A stretch of DNA of 64,000 nt from an uncultured Candidatus Saccharibacteria bacterium (GCA_964507275.1 CAZDPG010000001.1:468577-532576); one strand, 5' to 3'; positions 21,130-32,004 are shown, counted from the stretch's first letter. The notes: a model not told the origin generated them from the sequence alone. Made by a program: numbers and translations.

Positions 21130-21307
21130 AGTCCTATATATAAATGAATAAAACTCCCCTACGCACCAGTAGCATGAGTATAGCGGAAGTCAGAGAGCAA
21201 CAGAAGTTGACATATAGAGAGATTCCGGCATAATAGCCCCAGAATCAGCTTTTGGCTGATAGGTGCGCTTCGGCGCTTTTGTAGTTCCCTGATATGAGGA
21301 GGATCAA

Positions 21308-21835
21308 ATGAAATTCCCAGATGCCTACACCATCGGTCGGCACTTGCAAACGACGACAGCAAGTCTCGCCTTTGCCCTGCTCTGCGGAGCCATAGTCGCT
21401 GTGGCCGCACTTACGGACTACTACTCGCACGAAAATCAGTTGCGGCTCAAGAGCGCACAAGCCGCCGGGAAGTTCGTCGCCACAACCGAAACCGACTTCC
21501 CGAGGAACCGGGTCTCCGTCCTGTACGCCCTGCACGATATGCGCTCGGCATACGAAGAGACCGGAGAGAACGACCCTGTCCGCCTCGGGCAACTCGCTCG
21601 ACTCGAGGACTGGCTGGTGCGGTCGCATACGGCGGGCGAGGAGCAAGCGTTCCTCACCGAGGTCCGCCTCCACGGCAAGGTCGCAGCACTGTCACTATGG
21701 TTCGGTTCCCCGGGCAGAATTTCGATCTCGGTTCTCGTCGCCAGCATCTTCGGATTCCTCTTCCTTATGGCGCTAAACGCGATTGTCGGACAGATGGATC
21801 CTCGTCTACGGCCGAGCCGCGCGGCCGGCTGCTAA
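21308..21835 (+). CDS. Hypothetical two-TM membrane protein
   Basis: Own promoter (TTGACA 21207, 16 nt, CATAAT), SD GAGGAGG, downstream hairpin; two hydrophobic segments. Confidence 0.7.
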   Translation: MKFPDAYTIGRHLQTTTASLAFALLCGAIVAVAALTDYYSHENQLRLKSAQAAGKFVATTETDFPRNRVSVLYALHDMRSAYEETGENDPVRLGQLARLEDWLVRSHTAGEEQAFLTEVRLHGKVAALSLWFGSPGRISISVLVASIFGFLFLMALNAIVGQMDPRLRPSRAAGC

Positions 21836-21946
21836 ACCCTCCTGCACAGGAGTTACACGGGCCGTCCTGACTTTCAGGCGGCCCGTATCTTTTTATATGC
21901 ACAGCTTGCACAGCCTTCCATTATCATGGTATCTTTAGCGCTACAG

Positions 21947-22186
21947 ATGGAGGCACTCGTATCGGCACTACCGTACGCGGAAATCATACTCTCAATACTC
22001 CTCATCGTCGGCATCGTGCTTCAGCGGCGCGGTGCGACTCTCGGAGGAGCCTTCGGAGGCGATAATTTCGCATCGACATTCTACAAGCGCAGAGGCGCTG
22101 AGAAGTTCCTATTTAATGCGACCGTTCTTATCGCGATTCTCCTCGTGCTTGCGGCTATAGCGAACTTCCTTCTGGCGGGGTCATGA
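21947..22186 (+). CDS. secG: Preprotein translocase subunit SecG
   Basis: IVLQRRGATLGGAFGG...RRGAEKFLF. Confidence 0.92.
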   Translation: MEALVSALPYAEIILSILLIVGIVLQRRGATLGGAFGGDNFASTFYKRRGAEKFLFNATVLIAILLVLAAIANFLLAGS

Positions 22187-23916
22187 TCGACCTAGACCGT
22201 TCTCACTGGCGAGAACAACTTGCGCTTACGCGAAGCATTCCTATGCTCGATCGAGTAAGCACCTATATCAGTTCGCTTTCGTCAGGTGATCGGGTCGTCT
22301 TCTATATCCTCACGACTATCGTCGGCATCGCCTCTCTTTTGAGCTTGTACGCCCTTGAGCAGTCTCTCCTCACGGAGATACCTGCATATGGAGGAACACT
22401 CATTGAGGGCGAGATCGGAAATCCTCAGTTCATAAACCCATTGCTCGCTATCAGCGATGCGGACCGCGATCTCTCGACTCTGACCCATTCCGGACTCATG
22501 GGACTCTCGAAATCAGGTTCTCTCGTTCCCGTCCTCGCTGAGAGCTACGACGTGAGCCCTGACAGCAAGACGTATACGTTTATTCTGAAGGAGGGCGCAA
22601 AGTTCACGGATGGCTCGCCTGTCACCGCGAACGATGTCGTGTTCACCGTAAGGAAGGCTCAAGATCCAGCGCTCAAGAGCCCTGAATACGCAAACTGGTC
22701 GGGAGTGAACGTCGTCGCCGTCGACCAGCAGACCGTCCGCTTCACACTCTCCAAACCCTACGCCCCGTTCCTCGGTCTCACGACACTCGGCATCCTTCCG
22801 GCGCGGCTCTGGCAGAACATTTCGGACGCCGAATTCCCATTCTCTTCCCTTGAGACGAATCCGGTCGGAACCGGCCCGTTCAAAGTCGCAGATGTCTCTC
22901 GCGATGCACGCGGACTGATCCAGAGCGTGTCGCTTGTCGCAAACCCGAATTATGTGCTCGGCCGTCCGTACCTTGATAGTATCCGCTTCAACTTCTACTC
23001 GAATGCTGAGGATCTCGCGCGAGCAATCAAGAGCGGTGCGGTCGAGAGCGCGTATGGCGTCATGGGACAGAAGGTTCTGACGGCCCCCTATGCGCGGGTC
23101 TTCGGAGTGTTCTTCAACCCGAATGAGAAGCAGGTGTACACCCGCATCGAAGTCCGCAAGGCGCTCTCACTCGCTCTTGATCGAACGGCAATCATTGCTT
23201 CAGCGCTCGGAGGATATGCGACGCCCATTGCGGGTCCCGTGCCGCCGGGAGAAAGCGTGAGGCAGTTCCCGGTTCCGCAATCGAGCGACTTCACAGCCGC
23301 GGCAGCCAAAACTCTCGAATCCGCCGGATGGATCTATGACGGAGAAGCGCGGATGTGGAAGAACGCGAAAGCAAAACAATCGCTCGATACCATCACGATT
23401 CGCACATCGAACGTACCCGAGTTGAAGAGTGTCGCAAGTGCTGTGAAGAGCGATTGGGAGAAGCTCGGTATCGCTGTCGATATAGAGCTCTACGAACCAG
23501 GCGATCTCTCTCAGAATGTCATCCGCCCGCGGAAGTATGGTGCACTCCTCTACGGCATGGTGATCGGCCGCGATCAGGATCTCTACGCTTTCTGGGATTC
23601 CCAGGAACGCAATGATCCGGGTCTCAATATCGCGCTTTATGCAAACAAGAACGTCGATGCTCTGCTCGAACACGCACGGAGCACGGCCGATGAGGCCAGT
23701 CGCGTGAAAGATCTTCAGAAAATCGAAGATATCATCGCGGCGGACTATCCAGCAGCGTTCATCTATGCACCAAATTTCATCTATACCCTTCCAGAAGACA
23801 TGAAGGGCGTGGACCTCCCTCAGATCATCACTCCTGCCGACCGATTCGCGACCGTAGCATCATGGTACCGATTTACTGATGCCGTCTGGCCATTTTTCGA
23901 TCGGAGGAATCAGTAA
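22183..23916 (+). CDS. Peptide ABC transporter substrate-binding protein (family 5)
   Basis: LAESY, FTDGSPVTANDVVFT, PVGTGPF, VRKALSLALDR. Confidence 0.9.
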   Translation: MIDLDRSHWREQLALTRSIPMLDRVSTYISSLSSGDRVVFYILTTIVGIASLLSLYALEQSLLTEIPAYGGTLIEGEIGNPQFINPLLAISDADRDLSTLTHSGLMGLSKSGSLVPVLAESYDVSPDSKTYTFILKEGAKFTDGSPVTANDVVFTVRKAQDPALKSPEYANWSGVNVVAVDQQTVRFTLSKPYAPFLGLTTLGILPARLWQNISDAEFPFSSLETNPVGTGPFKVADVSRDARGLIQSVSLVANPNYVLGRPYLDSIRFNFYSNAEDLARAIKSGAVESAYGVMGQKVLTAPYARVFGVFFNPNEKQVYTRIEVRKALSLALDRTAIIASALGGYATPIAGPVPPGESVRQFPVPQSSDFTAAAAKTLESAGWIYDGEARMWKNAKAKQSLDTITIRTSNVPELKSVASAVKSDWEKLGIAVDIELYEPGDLSQNVIRPRKYGALLYGMVIGRDQDLYAFWDSQERNDPGLNIALYANKNVDALLEHARSTADEASRVKDLQKIEDIIAADYPAAFIYAPNFIYTLPEDMKGVDLPQIITPADRFATVASWYRFTDAVWPFFDRRNQ

Positions 23917-23976
23917 TCATTTTCGTACGGGTTTATCTTTATTCATTTTGCAAGCCCGAATAACCAACTAATCGTT

Positions 23977-25896
23977 ATGAATCCAGCACCAGCTCCCGCT
24001 CCCGCACCGACACCGGCACAGCCGAACCCGGCACGAAGAGCGCCGACCGAGCACGAGCGTCCGGCCAAGCGCTTCACGCGCGGCGGCGATCGCACAGGCC
24101 GCGCGACACCACGACCAGGCGGCGCGACCAGGCGCATACAGCGCATCTTGCGTCGTCCGACCTCGTCGTCCTCTCCGCGTGCGCATGCCACGGCAGATTA
24201 TTATCCGGAACAACCAGGACCGACGACGGTCCGCATCATCCCGCTTGGCGGTGTCGAAGAAGTCGGACGCAACATGATTGCGGTCGAAGTCGGTGCGACG
24301 GGCGATATCATCGTCTTCGACGCCGGCTTCCAGTTCGTCTCTGAAGACACGTCTCCAGGAGTTGATTACATCCTTCCGAATACGAAATATCTCGAGAAGA
24401 ATGCACATCGGGTGAAAGGTGTCGTCATTACGCACGGACACCTCGACCACATCGGCGGTATTCCCTTCATCCTGCCGCGCTTCGGCACGCCGCCTATCTA
24501 TACCCAGAACCTTACGTCCGTGATGATCCAGAGACGGCAAGAAGAATATCCTGACGTTCCAAAACCGGAGATGAACATCGTCGAGGTCGGCCAGACCGTA
24601 ACCATCGGCTCAACGCGTGTGAAGTTCTTCCCGGTCACACACTCAATCCCTGATTCCATGGGTGCTTCGGTGGAGACGCCGCAAGGAAACGTCGTCATCT
24701 CTGGCGATTTGAAACTCGACCATGATGACAGCATCCCTTCCGCGCGAGAAGTGAAGACGTGGGGCGAACTCGGCAAAGACAAGAACATCTTCATGGTTGC
24801 CGATTCGACCAACGCCGAGAAGGATGGTTTCTCCATTCCTGAAATACGTGTCATTCAGACACTCGAAGACATCATCAAGACCGTGTCAGGCCGCCTCATC
24901 ATCGGGACGTTCGCCTCGCAGTTCGAGCGCATGATTCACATCATGGAAGCTGCTGAGAAACATAATAAGAAGATTGTCCTCGAGGGACGATCTATCAAGA
25001 CCAACCTCGAGATTGCTGAGAAAACAGGGCTTCTTAAGATTAACAAGAGCACCTTCATACAGGCGCAAGAGTTGAGCGATTATCCACCGGACAAGGTTGT
25101 CATCCTCTCGACGGGCGCGCAGGGTGAGGAATTCGCAGCGCTTATGCGCATCGCAACGCGCCAGCATAAATACATCACGTTGAACGAGCGCGATACCATT
25201 GTCCTCTCCTCTTCGGTCATTCCGGGGAACGAAATCGCCGTGCAGAAGCTCAAGGATAACCTCTACCGTCACGGAGTGACGCTCATCCATTACCGCTCGA
25301 GCGACGTCCACTCGACCGGCCACGGAAACACCGGTGAACTCGTCTGGATCAATAAGCAGGTGCACCCGACATTCTTCATGCCAGGGTACGGCTATCGATC
25401 GATGACGACCTGTCATGCGAAAGCGGTCGAACAATCGGGCTTCCCGCGCGAGAATATCATTCTCGCAGACAATGGCACGGTCATCGACATTGAGGACGGC
25501 GTCCGACTGAATGTGCACAAGCAGAAGGTTCCCTCTTCCCCGATGGTCGTCGACGGATTCACAATCGGCGATATACAAGAGGTGGTCATTCGTGACCGCC
25601 AGTCGCTCGCTAAGGACGGTATGTTCGTGATTATCGCGAGCGTGAACTTGAAGACGGGCAAGCTGCGCAAGTCCCCGGACATCATCAGCCGCGGATTCGT
25701 GTATCTGCGCGAGTCGCAGATGCTTCTGAATGAAGCGCGTCTTCTCATTAAGAAAACAATCGAGGATTCGACCCGCAACATGAACCCGGTCGATCTTGAT
25801 TACGTAAAGAACAATCTCACCGATGTTATGGCCGGATTCCTCTTCGCGCGCACCAATAAGGCGCCGATGGTGATCCCGGTGTTGATTGGAATGTAA
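23977..25896 (+). CDS. rnj: Ribonuclease J
   Basis: PLGGVEEVGRNM, THGHLDHIGG, HSIPD, HSTGHG, PDIISRGF; Pro/Arg-rich N-terminal extension. Confidence 0.96.
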   Translation: MNPAPAPAPAPTPAQPNPARRAPTEHERPAKRFTRGGDRTGRATPRPGGATRRIQRILRRPTSSSSPRAHATADYYPEQPGPTTVRIIPLGGVEEVGRNMIAVEVGATGDIIVFDAGFQFVSEDTSPGVDYILPNTKYLEKNAHRVKGVVITHGHLDHIGGIPFILPRFGTPPIYTQNLTSVMIQRRQEEYPDVPKPEMNIVEVGQTVTIGSTRVKFFPVTHSIPDSMGASVETPQGNVVISGDLKLDHDDSIPSAREVKTWGELGKDKNIFMVADSTNAEKDGFSIPEIRVIQTLEDIIKTVSGRLIIGTFASQFERMIHIMEAAEKHNKKIVLEGRSIKTNLEIAEKTGLLKINKSTFIQAQELSDYPPDKVVILSTGAQGEEFAALMRIATRQHKYITLNERDTIVLSSSVIPGNEIAVQKLKDNLYRHGVTLIHYRSSDVHSTGHGNTGELVWINKQVHPTFFMPGYGYRSMTTCHAKAVEQSGFPRENIILADNGTVIDIEDGVRLNVHKQKVPSSPMVVDGFTIGDIQEVVIRDRQSLAKDGMFVIIASVNLKTGKLRKSPDIISRGFVYLRESQMLLNEARLLIKKTIEDSTRNMNPVDLDYVKNNLTDVMAGFLFARTNKAPMVIPVLIGM

Positions 25897-25972
25897 TCGC
25901 AAACACAGTGTTTGAAGAAAGTGCGGCTCGCTAAAAGCGAGTCGCACTTTCTATATGCTATCCTCTACCACA

Positions 25973-27127
25973 ATGCATCCGCGCGTCATACTCTTTGTCG
26001 GGAACTTCTTCTTCTCGATATTCACCGCTCTCACGATCTACATTCTCCTCCCCTTCCTCTCTTCGTTTATGCCAGCGGCATACACCGGACTCGTCGTTGC
26101 GTGCGGAGGACTCGTTGCGCTCATCCTCTTCCCGTACTTACCGCGACTCGTCGCACGCCATGGCGCCCAACAGATGGCGCTCGTCTTCGCGATTATAGAA
26201 ATGGTCGCCCTCTTCGCTCTCGCGGTAGCACCAGGGGCAATCTCGGGCTCGCTCCTCATCATTGTCGCGGTAGCACTCCAGCCCTTTATCTCCTACGAAC
26301 TCGACCTCCTGCTTGAAGCTGTCGATACTCCGAAGGAGATGGTCGGTCGTGTACGTACGACATTCCTCACCGCACACAACTCAGGTTCACTTGCCGCGCC
26401 ACTTCTCCTGGGAGCGCTTCTCGTGAATTCGAACGCCTATGGACGAATCTTCCTTGCGGCTGCGGCGATGCTCGTGCCGTTCATCGTCCTGCTCGCTGCA
26501 CGAAGTCTCCCGAAAGGGATCCCGCATCAACATGCGCACATGAAAGACACACTCATTTGTATCTCCCGTGACCGTGATTTGTCTGCCGTTACGTTCGCTC
26601 ACTTCCTCCTATACCTCTTCTACATCTGGGCGCCGCTCTACGCACCAATCTATCTGCACACAGTACTCGGCATTCCCTGGTCGACGCTCGGCTGGATGTT
26701 CTCGATTATGCTCATCCCCTACGCACTCCTTGAGTATCCGGCAGGATGGGTCGCTGACCGATTCCTCGGAGATAAAGAACTCATGTTCGCGGGATTCGTC
26801 GTCGCTGGGAGCGCACTTGCCGCACTGGGAACTCTTTCTCCCGCGTCTTCCATTCCGCTCATATTACTCATCCTTGTGAGCTCACGCATAGGAGCAGCAC
26901 TCATCGAAGGTATGACCGAGGGACATTTCTTCCGACGTGTCTCAAGCGAAGACATCAACTCGATGAGTATCTTTCGCGGCATCTGGCCCCTCGCGAACGT
27001 CATCGGACCCACGGTTGGCAGTTTGATTCTCTACTTCGGAAACTATTCTCTCTTCTTCTTCATCACCGGAGGATTTATCGCAGTCGCTGGCGCGGTTGCA
27101 ACTCTTTTCATCAGAGATTTCCGCTAA
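25973..27127 (+). CDS. MFS transporter
   Basis: About 12 TM segments, GWVADRFLG. Confidence 0.85.
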   Translation: MHPRVILFVGNFFFSIFTALTIYILLPFLSSFMPAAYTGLVVACGGLVALILFPYLPRLVARHGAQQMALVFAIIEMVALFALAVAPGAISGSLLIIVAVALQPFISYELDLLLEAVDTPKEMVGRVRTTFLTAHNSGSLAAPLLLGALLVNSNAYGRIFLAAAAMLVPFIVLLAARSLPKGIPHQHAHMKDTLICISRDRDLSAVTFAHFLLYLFYIWAPLYAPIYLHTVLGIPWSTLGWMFSIMLIPYALLEYPAGWVADRFLGDKELMFAGFVVAGSALAALGTLSPASSIPLILLILVSSRIGAALIEGMTEGHFFRRVSSEDINSMSIFRGIWPLANVIGPTVGSLILYFGNYSLFFFITGGFIAVAGAVATLFIRDFR

Positions 27128-27924
27128 CGTGGGAGGGCATATCGGCCCGCCCTGACCTGCACGAGACCTTCGGCACAGAGGGCACTGAGCGCTCGAAGAG
27201 TCTGTTCGCGCCGAGGAGCTCCTAAGAGCTCTGCTATCTGCTTTTTGCTCCGCACCCCCTTACTCATGAGCTCGCGAAGAATCGCGCCGCGCGCCTCTCG
27301 AAGCGATCCTGTGAACTTTGACTGCTTCGTATGGGTTGTGCTTCGTGCATTGTGCGAGATGCCGGAACGTTTTAGGTATGCCCCATAATCCATGAGCGCG
27401 CTGTACCACTCACGCGCCTTCCCTTTCGGCAGAACCTCCATCAAAATCTTCTTTATCTCTGTATCTGAAACCTTCTTCTTGCGAGGGAAGAAATGATGTA
27501 TGACCGCAGTACGAATATTCGTCTCGATGACGGTGACGTCTTCATTAAACGCAAATGCCGCCACGGCGCGTGCCGTGTACGGTCCCACGCCCGGTAGTGT
27601 TTCCAGTTCAGGGACTGTCGTAACTTTCCGGGCAGAAAGCTCGTGTGCGGCAACATGCAGCATCAATGCACGGCGGTTATACCCAAGCCCTTGCCAGCTC
27701 GTGAGCACCTCTCCAAGCGACGCTGCAGCAAGTCTTTTCGCTGTCGGGAACTTCTTAATGAAATCGACATAGAACGGCAGGGCCCGTGCTACCTGTGTCT
27801 GCTGTAGCATAATTTCAGAGACAAGAATCTTGTAGGTATCATGTGTCTTCCTCCACGGCAGATCATGTCGCCCGTGCGTGCGATAGTGTTTCCACACGAG
27901 CGAACGGAACTTTGTCGGCGTCAT
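27124..27924 (-). CDS. mutY: A/G-specific adenine glycosylase, short form
   Basis: DLPWR, VSEIMLQQTQV, WQGLGYNRRA, LPGVGPYTA. Confidence 0.9.
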   Translation of the reverse strand: MTPTKFRSLVWKHYRTHGRHDLPWRKTHDTYKILVSEIMLQQTQVARALPFYVDFIKKFPTAKRLAAASLGEVLTSWQGLGYNRRALMLHVAAHELSARKVTTVPELETLPGVGPYTARAVAAFAFNEDVTVIETNIRTAVIHHFFPRKKKVSDTEIKKILMEVLPKGKAREWYSALMDYGAYLKRSGISHNARSTTHTKQSKFTGSLREARGAILRELMSKGVRSKKQIAELLGAPRREQTLRALSALCAEGLVQVRAGRYALPR

Positions 27925-27927
27925 AGA

Positions 27928-28596
27928 TTATTTCGCCTTCGGCCAGCGAAGCGCAGCTGGAGGCCAGAGTTTCGTGAGCGGGTGCTCTGCGCATTCATGC
28001 GGCCGCGCTGGGCACACATACCGACCATAAAGCACGAAACCATTATTCACATACTTCCAATCCTTTTTTGGGATGAGCGCTTCGAGATCTTTCGAGATTT
28101 TCGTGAGATCGGAATTATCCGTAAGGTCAAAGCGTTTTGCAAAACGCCTCACATGCGTGTCGGTCGCAATACCCTCCCAGACGCCATAGAGCTCACCGAG
28201 GATGACATGAGCTGTCTTATATCCCACGCCCGGTAGCTCGATAAGCTCAACTTCTGTTTTCGGTATCTTCCCGGCAAATCTTTCGATCACCACCTTCGCT
28301 GCACCGAGTATCGCCTTCGCTTTATTACGGAAGAACGGGATAGAGGAGATCTCTTTCGTGAAGACAGCAAGATCCGCTTCGGCGAAGTCACGGGGGGTCT
28401 TATATTTCTTGAAAAGCGATGCCGTCAACTTATTCACAGCCTTATCCGTGCACTGTGCCGAGAGAATCACTGCAACGACGAACTGAAACGGTGTTCGGTG
28501 TACGAGCTCGCTTGAAGGGTTTGGATACGCCTTCTTCAGGAAAGAAACCAGTTTTCTTGCACGAGTCTTCCGCTCGATGTCTTTCGTAGAGACCAT
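27928..28596 (-). CDS. nth: Endonuclease III
   Basis: VILSAQCTD, LPGVGYKTA, DTHVRR. Confidence 0.92.
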   Translation of the reverse strand: MVSTKDIERKTRARKLVSFLKKAYPNPSSELVHRTPFQFVVAVILSAQCTDKAVNKLTASLFKKYKTPRDFAEADLAVFTKEISSIPFFRNKAKAILGAAKVVIERFAGKIPKTEVELIELPGVGYKTAHVILGELYGVWEGIATDTHVRRFAKRFDLTDNSDLTKISKDLEALIPKKDWKYVNNGFVLYGRYVCPARPHECAEHPLTKLWPPAALRWPKAK

Positions 28597-28599
28597 CAG

Positions 28600-29784
28600 C
28601 TACCGTGCTCCGACGTCACTACCCTCATGGCGAGGGAACGCGAATCGGAAGAAAGTCTGGAGAAGTATCCCTGCCGCAAAAAGCATGAGGAGGAGCGCGA
28701 TGGGCGGACCAATGACCGGCACGAGCGCAATGAGCGAGAGTATCGCCGTCCCAAGGACGCCATCATGCCACAGGATTTGTTCGCGTTTGATGAAGCGCCG
28801 GGAGAGCATGCCGCCTATCAATATACCCGCATAGACGAGAGAGAGGAGGAGGAGAAGCGCATAGAGAATGAGGATGAGCAGAGCGAGACCGATGCCTACA
28901 AACGTGAGCAGGAGCATAGCCACGACAATCGGCGTCGCGACGAGTATAGCGAATCCAAGAAGCTCAGCCAGGAGAATATCACGCGGACGATCTTGGAAAA
29001 CACGATCAACAATCGCTTCTGCGAACTTTGGGAAAAGACCAGCGAGGATACCGGCGAGAATGAGTGCTCCGATAATCCGCGCGATGATGAAAAAGCCAAT
29101 ACTCACAAACGCAAGCATGCGCGATGTACTGACATCAGGAAGATACGCGGCGTTCGTATAGGTAATGCCACCGACAACCGTCGCCGATGCAGGGATTACC
29201 GCCTTGTCCGGCGACTCATACGCGAGACTGCCACGGATCATCGTGCCAGGAGCGAGTGCGACACGGCCGCTCGCGATAATCGAGACATCACTCGAGAAAT
29301 CTCCAGCGAGTGAGATGTTGTTCCCGTAGATGGTGACCGGCCCGAGAGCGCCATCGCTTATAGTTGCGTTCGCCGCGACAATGAACACACTTCCTCTGAC
29401 ACGACCTGTATCACGCACGGAGTAGCCGAGAGCAACGAGATCGCCCGCAATAGACTCATTGACGTCGATGCTTCCACCAGCGGCCCTGAAGTCACCCTTC
29501 ATACTTGCGCGTGAGCTTATGGACCCGGCGAGGATGAAATTATCCCCTGAAACCGGAGCCGCGATGATGACCGATCCCCCGCACGCGAGGAAGTCACCGG
29601 CAACCGGAGCGGTCAGTACGATTGAAGCACCCGCAGCGTATGAGTTTCCCGGTGAAGAACTCGTGGCGACGAGTGACTGTGCTGCCGAGAACGATGCTGG
29701 AGCAGCGATTGCCTGACGCGTGATGATAGTGGCGCCCGCCGGTATGAGACAGAGAGCGATGACAGCAAGAACGGCGCGCTTCAT
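28600..29784 (-). CDS. Membrane protein with bactofilin-like beta-helical repeats and C-terminal TM segments
   Basis: Signal peptide, repeated V-x-GD/AGG units, about five C-terminal TM segments. Confidence 0.72.
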   Translation of the reverse strand: MKRAVLAVIALCLIPAGATIITRQAIAAPASFSAAQSLVATSSSPGNSYAAGASIVLTAPVAGDFLACGGSVIIAAPVSGDNFILAGSISSRASMKGDFRAAGGSIDVNESIAGDLVALGYSVRDTGRVRGSVFIVAANATISDGALGPVTIYGNNISLAGDFSSDVSIIASGRVALAPGTMIRGSLAYESPDKAVIPASATVVGGITYTNAAYLPDVSTSRMLAFVSIGFFIIARIIGALILAGILAGLFPKFAEAIVDRVFQDRPRDILLAELLGFAILVATPIVVAMLLLTFVGIGLALLILILYALLLLLSLVYAGILIGGMLSRRFIKREQILWHDGVLGTAILSLIALVPVIGPPIALLLMLFAAGILLQTFFRFAFPRHEGSDVGAR

Positions 29785-29791
29785 GGCAGGA

Positions 29792-30289
29792 TCAGGACAC
29801 CGGTGGCATCGGAAGATGCGGCGGACTCTCTTTCGGGAGATTACCCACAAAGGAGTGCTGCTCCTTGCTGCGACTCAATGGTTCAATGAGACTCGCAAGG
29901 ATGAATATGAAAAGCGCGATAAGAGAGGACGCGAGGCAGTATATGCAGAATGCACCGATGAGGAAGACTTGTACGCCGGTGAAGTAGAGCGATGCAAGAA
30001 TGCCGGCAAAGGAGACGCCCTGCAAGACGCGGCGCAAGAGCCGATCAAAAAGGACGAGCTCGAGTGCGGCAAGGACGAAAAGTATCCCGTAGAACAGGAC
30101 ACCGTATTCGGCGAGCGGTATGCCAAAAAGCTGAGAATATTGGCTGTTAGCGACAATATTACAGCCGGAAAGATTCTGGATATTGCAGAGGAGCGGCGTA
30201 CCGCTGATCCTGCTTTGGGCGATGTACGTGGCATTCGCAATCCCACAAAAGGCGAGGATTAATATACCGACAACTCCAATGCGTTTCAT
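29792..30289 (-). CDS. Vitamin K epoxide reductase (VKOR) family protein
   Basis: C...C loop, SQYSQLFGIP, FCIYC. Confidence 0.9.
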   Translation of the reverse strand: MKRIGVVGILILAFCGIANATYIAQSRISGTPLLCNIQNLSGCNIVANSQYSQLFGIPLAEYGVLFYGILFVLAALELVLFDRLLRRVLQGVSFAGILASLYFTGVQVFLIGAFCIYCLASSLIALFIFILASLIEPLSRSKEQHSFVGNLPKESPPHLPMPPVS

Positions 30290-30383
30290 ACCCTAAAGGA
30301 TACGCGCCTTACGAGCTCTACGCAAATGGCGTATGCCGCCCTGCGCCTCGATGAAAGGAATCTGTTAGACTGGAGCGATTCAC

Positions 30384-31016
30384 ATGATTGAGTCCTTTTT
30401 CCTTTCCAATCTCATAGCAGGCTCTGCTAGCAGTGCCGCGCTTCTCGCGCTCCTAATCGTCGTGGGGGTCATCTTCCTCGAAGATACCACCGTAGTGGTG
30501 GTCGGTATGCTTGCCGCCGACGGACTCCTGTCTATACCGTTCGCGCTCTTTTCGCTCTATGTCGGCGTCGTGATTGGCGACATCGCGCTCTACTCCCTCG
30601 GACGTCTCGCACGCACCCACCCACGTCTCGCGCACTACGTCGATCATGATTTCACCGCTCCATTCCGCATATGGCTCGAGACACGGTTCGTACTCACTGT
30701 ATTCTCAGCACGGTTCATCCCGGGTGCGCGCTTGCCGGCCTATACCGCGAGCGGATTCTTCCATTCGCCTCTTTCCGTTTTTCTGTTCACGACAATCGGC
30801 GCGACGGCTATCTGGACGACATTCTTGTTCTCCGCCTCCTACCTGTTCGGAAATCTCACTGCAGGATGGATGGGACCGGCGCGATGGGGTATCGCGCTCG
30901 GATTCCTCATCGCCCTCTTCCTCATCGGGAGGCACAATGTCCTCTCGTATCGCGCTAGAAGGGACGGTGCTGATACCTGCGCCGATACTCATGCGCCGTC
31001 AGCAGAAGGAGAGTAA
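30384..31016 (+). CDS. DedA/VTT family membrane protein
   Basis: GDIALYSLGR, ARFIPGAR. Confidence 0.88.
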   Translation: MIESFFLSNLIAGSASSAALLALLIVVGVIFLEDTTVVVVGMLAADGLLSIPFALFSLYVGVVIGDIALYSLGRLARTHPRLAHYVDHDFTAPFRIWLETRFVLTVFSARFIPGARLPAYTASGFFHSPLSVFLFTTIGATAIWTTFLFSASYLFGNLTAGWMGPARWGIALGFLIALFLIGRHNVLSYRARRDGADTCADTHAPSAEGE

Positions 31017-31458
31017 AGTCGAAAGCCGCAATCGCCTTGAGCAGAGTCTCGTCGAGAATGAATCCTCGATACGCTTCATACGACCCGAAGATTGCAAGCG
31101 AGATCATGAAGAGCGGGTACGCGGCCTTCTTCTTGGCGAAGATGCCGAGCACGAGCAGGATCTTTATGCCGCCATGGAGTGCGAGATACAAGGCGAGGAA
31201 ATAGTGCGAGTGCACGGCAAACGCGGCCGCTGAACTTTGAATAGCGGTCGCGATAGGGTCGTCGATATCCTGTGCGAGCTCACGGCTCGTCGCGAATTCA
31301 GCGAGCTTGAGTACGAGCGATGGGGGAACGAAGAGTACGAGGAGCGCCGCGAGCGCTTCGAGCGCACCATTGACGATCTTCAGTATGAGCGCGAGATCGA
31401 AGAGCCAAAGAATGTTCTTCTCGACTCTCTCCTCCTTCATTTCAGGCGATGGCTCCAT
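30955..31458 (-). CDS. DUF2127-like membrane protein
   Basis: LKIVNGALE, YLALHGGIK, AYP. Confidence 0.75.
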   Translation of the reverse strand: MEPSPEMKEERVEKNILWLFDLALILKIVNGALEALAALLVLFVPPSLVLKLAEFATSRELAQDIDDPIATAIQSSAAAFAVHSHYFLALYLALHGGIKILLVLGIFAKKKAAYPLFMISLAIFGSYEAYRGFILDETLLKAIAAFDFTLLLLTAHEYRRRYQHRPF

Positions 31459-31470
31459 CGCCGTAGCGTA

Positions 31471-32004
31471 TCACGCCACGCGGTTTCCCAGTGTCTCAAG
31501 CGCCTTTGTGAGTAATTCTTTTGTCGAAGCGTCGGTGATGTTCCCCTCCCCGTCAAACACCTCGCTTGCCGGACCGATGTAGAGCTCAGGCTGACCAATC
31601 ACCTGCATATCAAGATAGGCGAGGACCTGCTTCAGATGATTCTGTGCAACGGCTGTGCTTATCTTCCCCACCGAGACACCCATAGTGAGTACCGGTTTGC
31701 CAGCAAATGAGTTCTTGCCCCACGGGCGGCTTGCCCAATCAATCGCATTCTTCAGGACACCCGGGAACGAGCGGTTGTACTCCGGCGTCGCGATGATGAT
31801 GCCGTCTGCCGCTTCAATACTGTCCTTAAGCATCTGTGCAGTGGCCGGGAACGACGCTTCTTCATCCTGGTTGAAGAACGGCAGCGCGCTGATATCAACA
31901 ACCTGTATGTTCATACCCACCGGCGTGAGTGCTTGGAGTGAGCGCAAGAGCGCCGTATTAAACGAACCCTTTCTCAAGCTCCCCGAAATGGCGACTATGT
32001 TCAT
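31471..32004 (-). CDS. NAD(P)H-dependent FMN reductase
   Basis: GSLRKGSFN, TPEYNRS, LKNAIDWASR. Confidence 0.93.
   Translation of the reverse strand: MNIVAISGSLRKGSFNTALLRSLQALTPVGMNIQVVDISALPFFNQDEEASFPATAQMLKDSIEAADGIIIATPEYNRSFPGVLKNAIDWASRPWGKNSFAGKPVLTMGVSVGKISTAVAQNHLKQVLAYLDMQVIGQPELYIGPASEVFDGEGNITDASTKELLTKALETLGNRVA

Noticed and set aside
21130-21240. CIRCE element upstream of groES
   Set aside because: No TTAGCACTC-N9-GAGTGCTAA inverted repeat was found.
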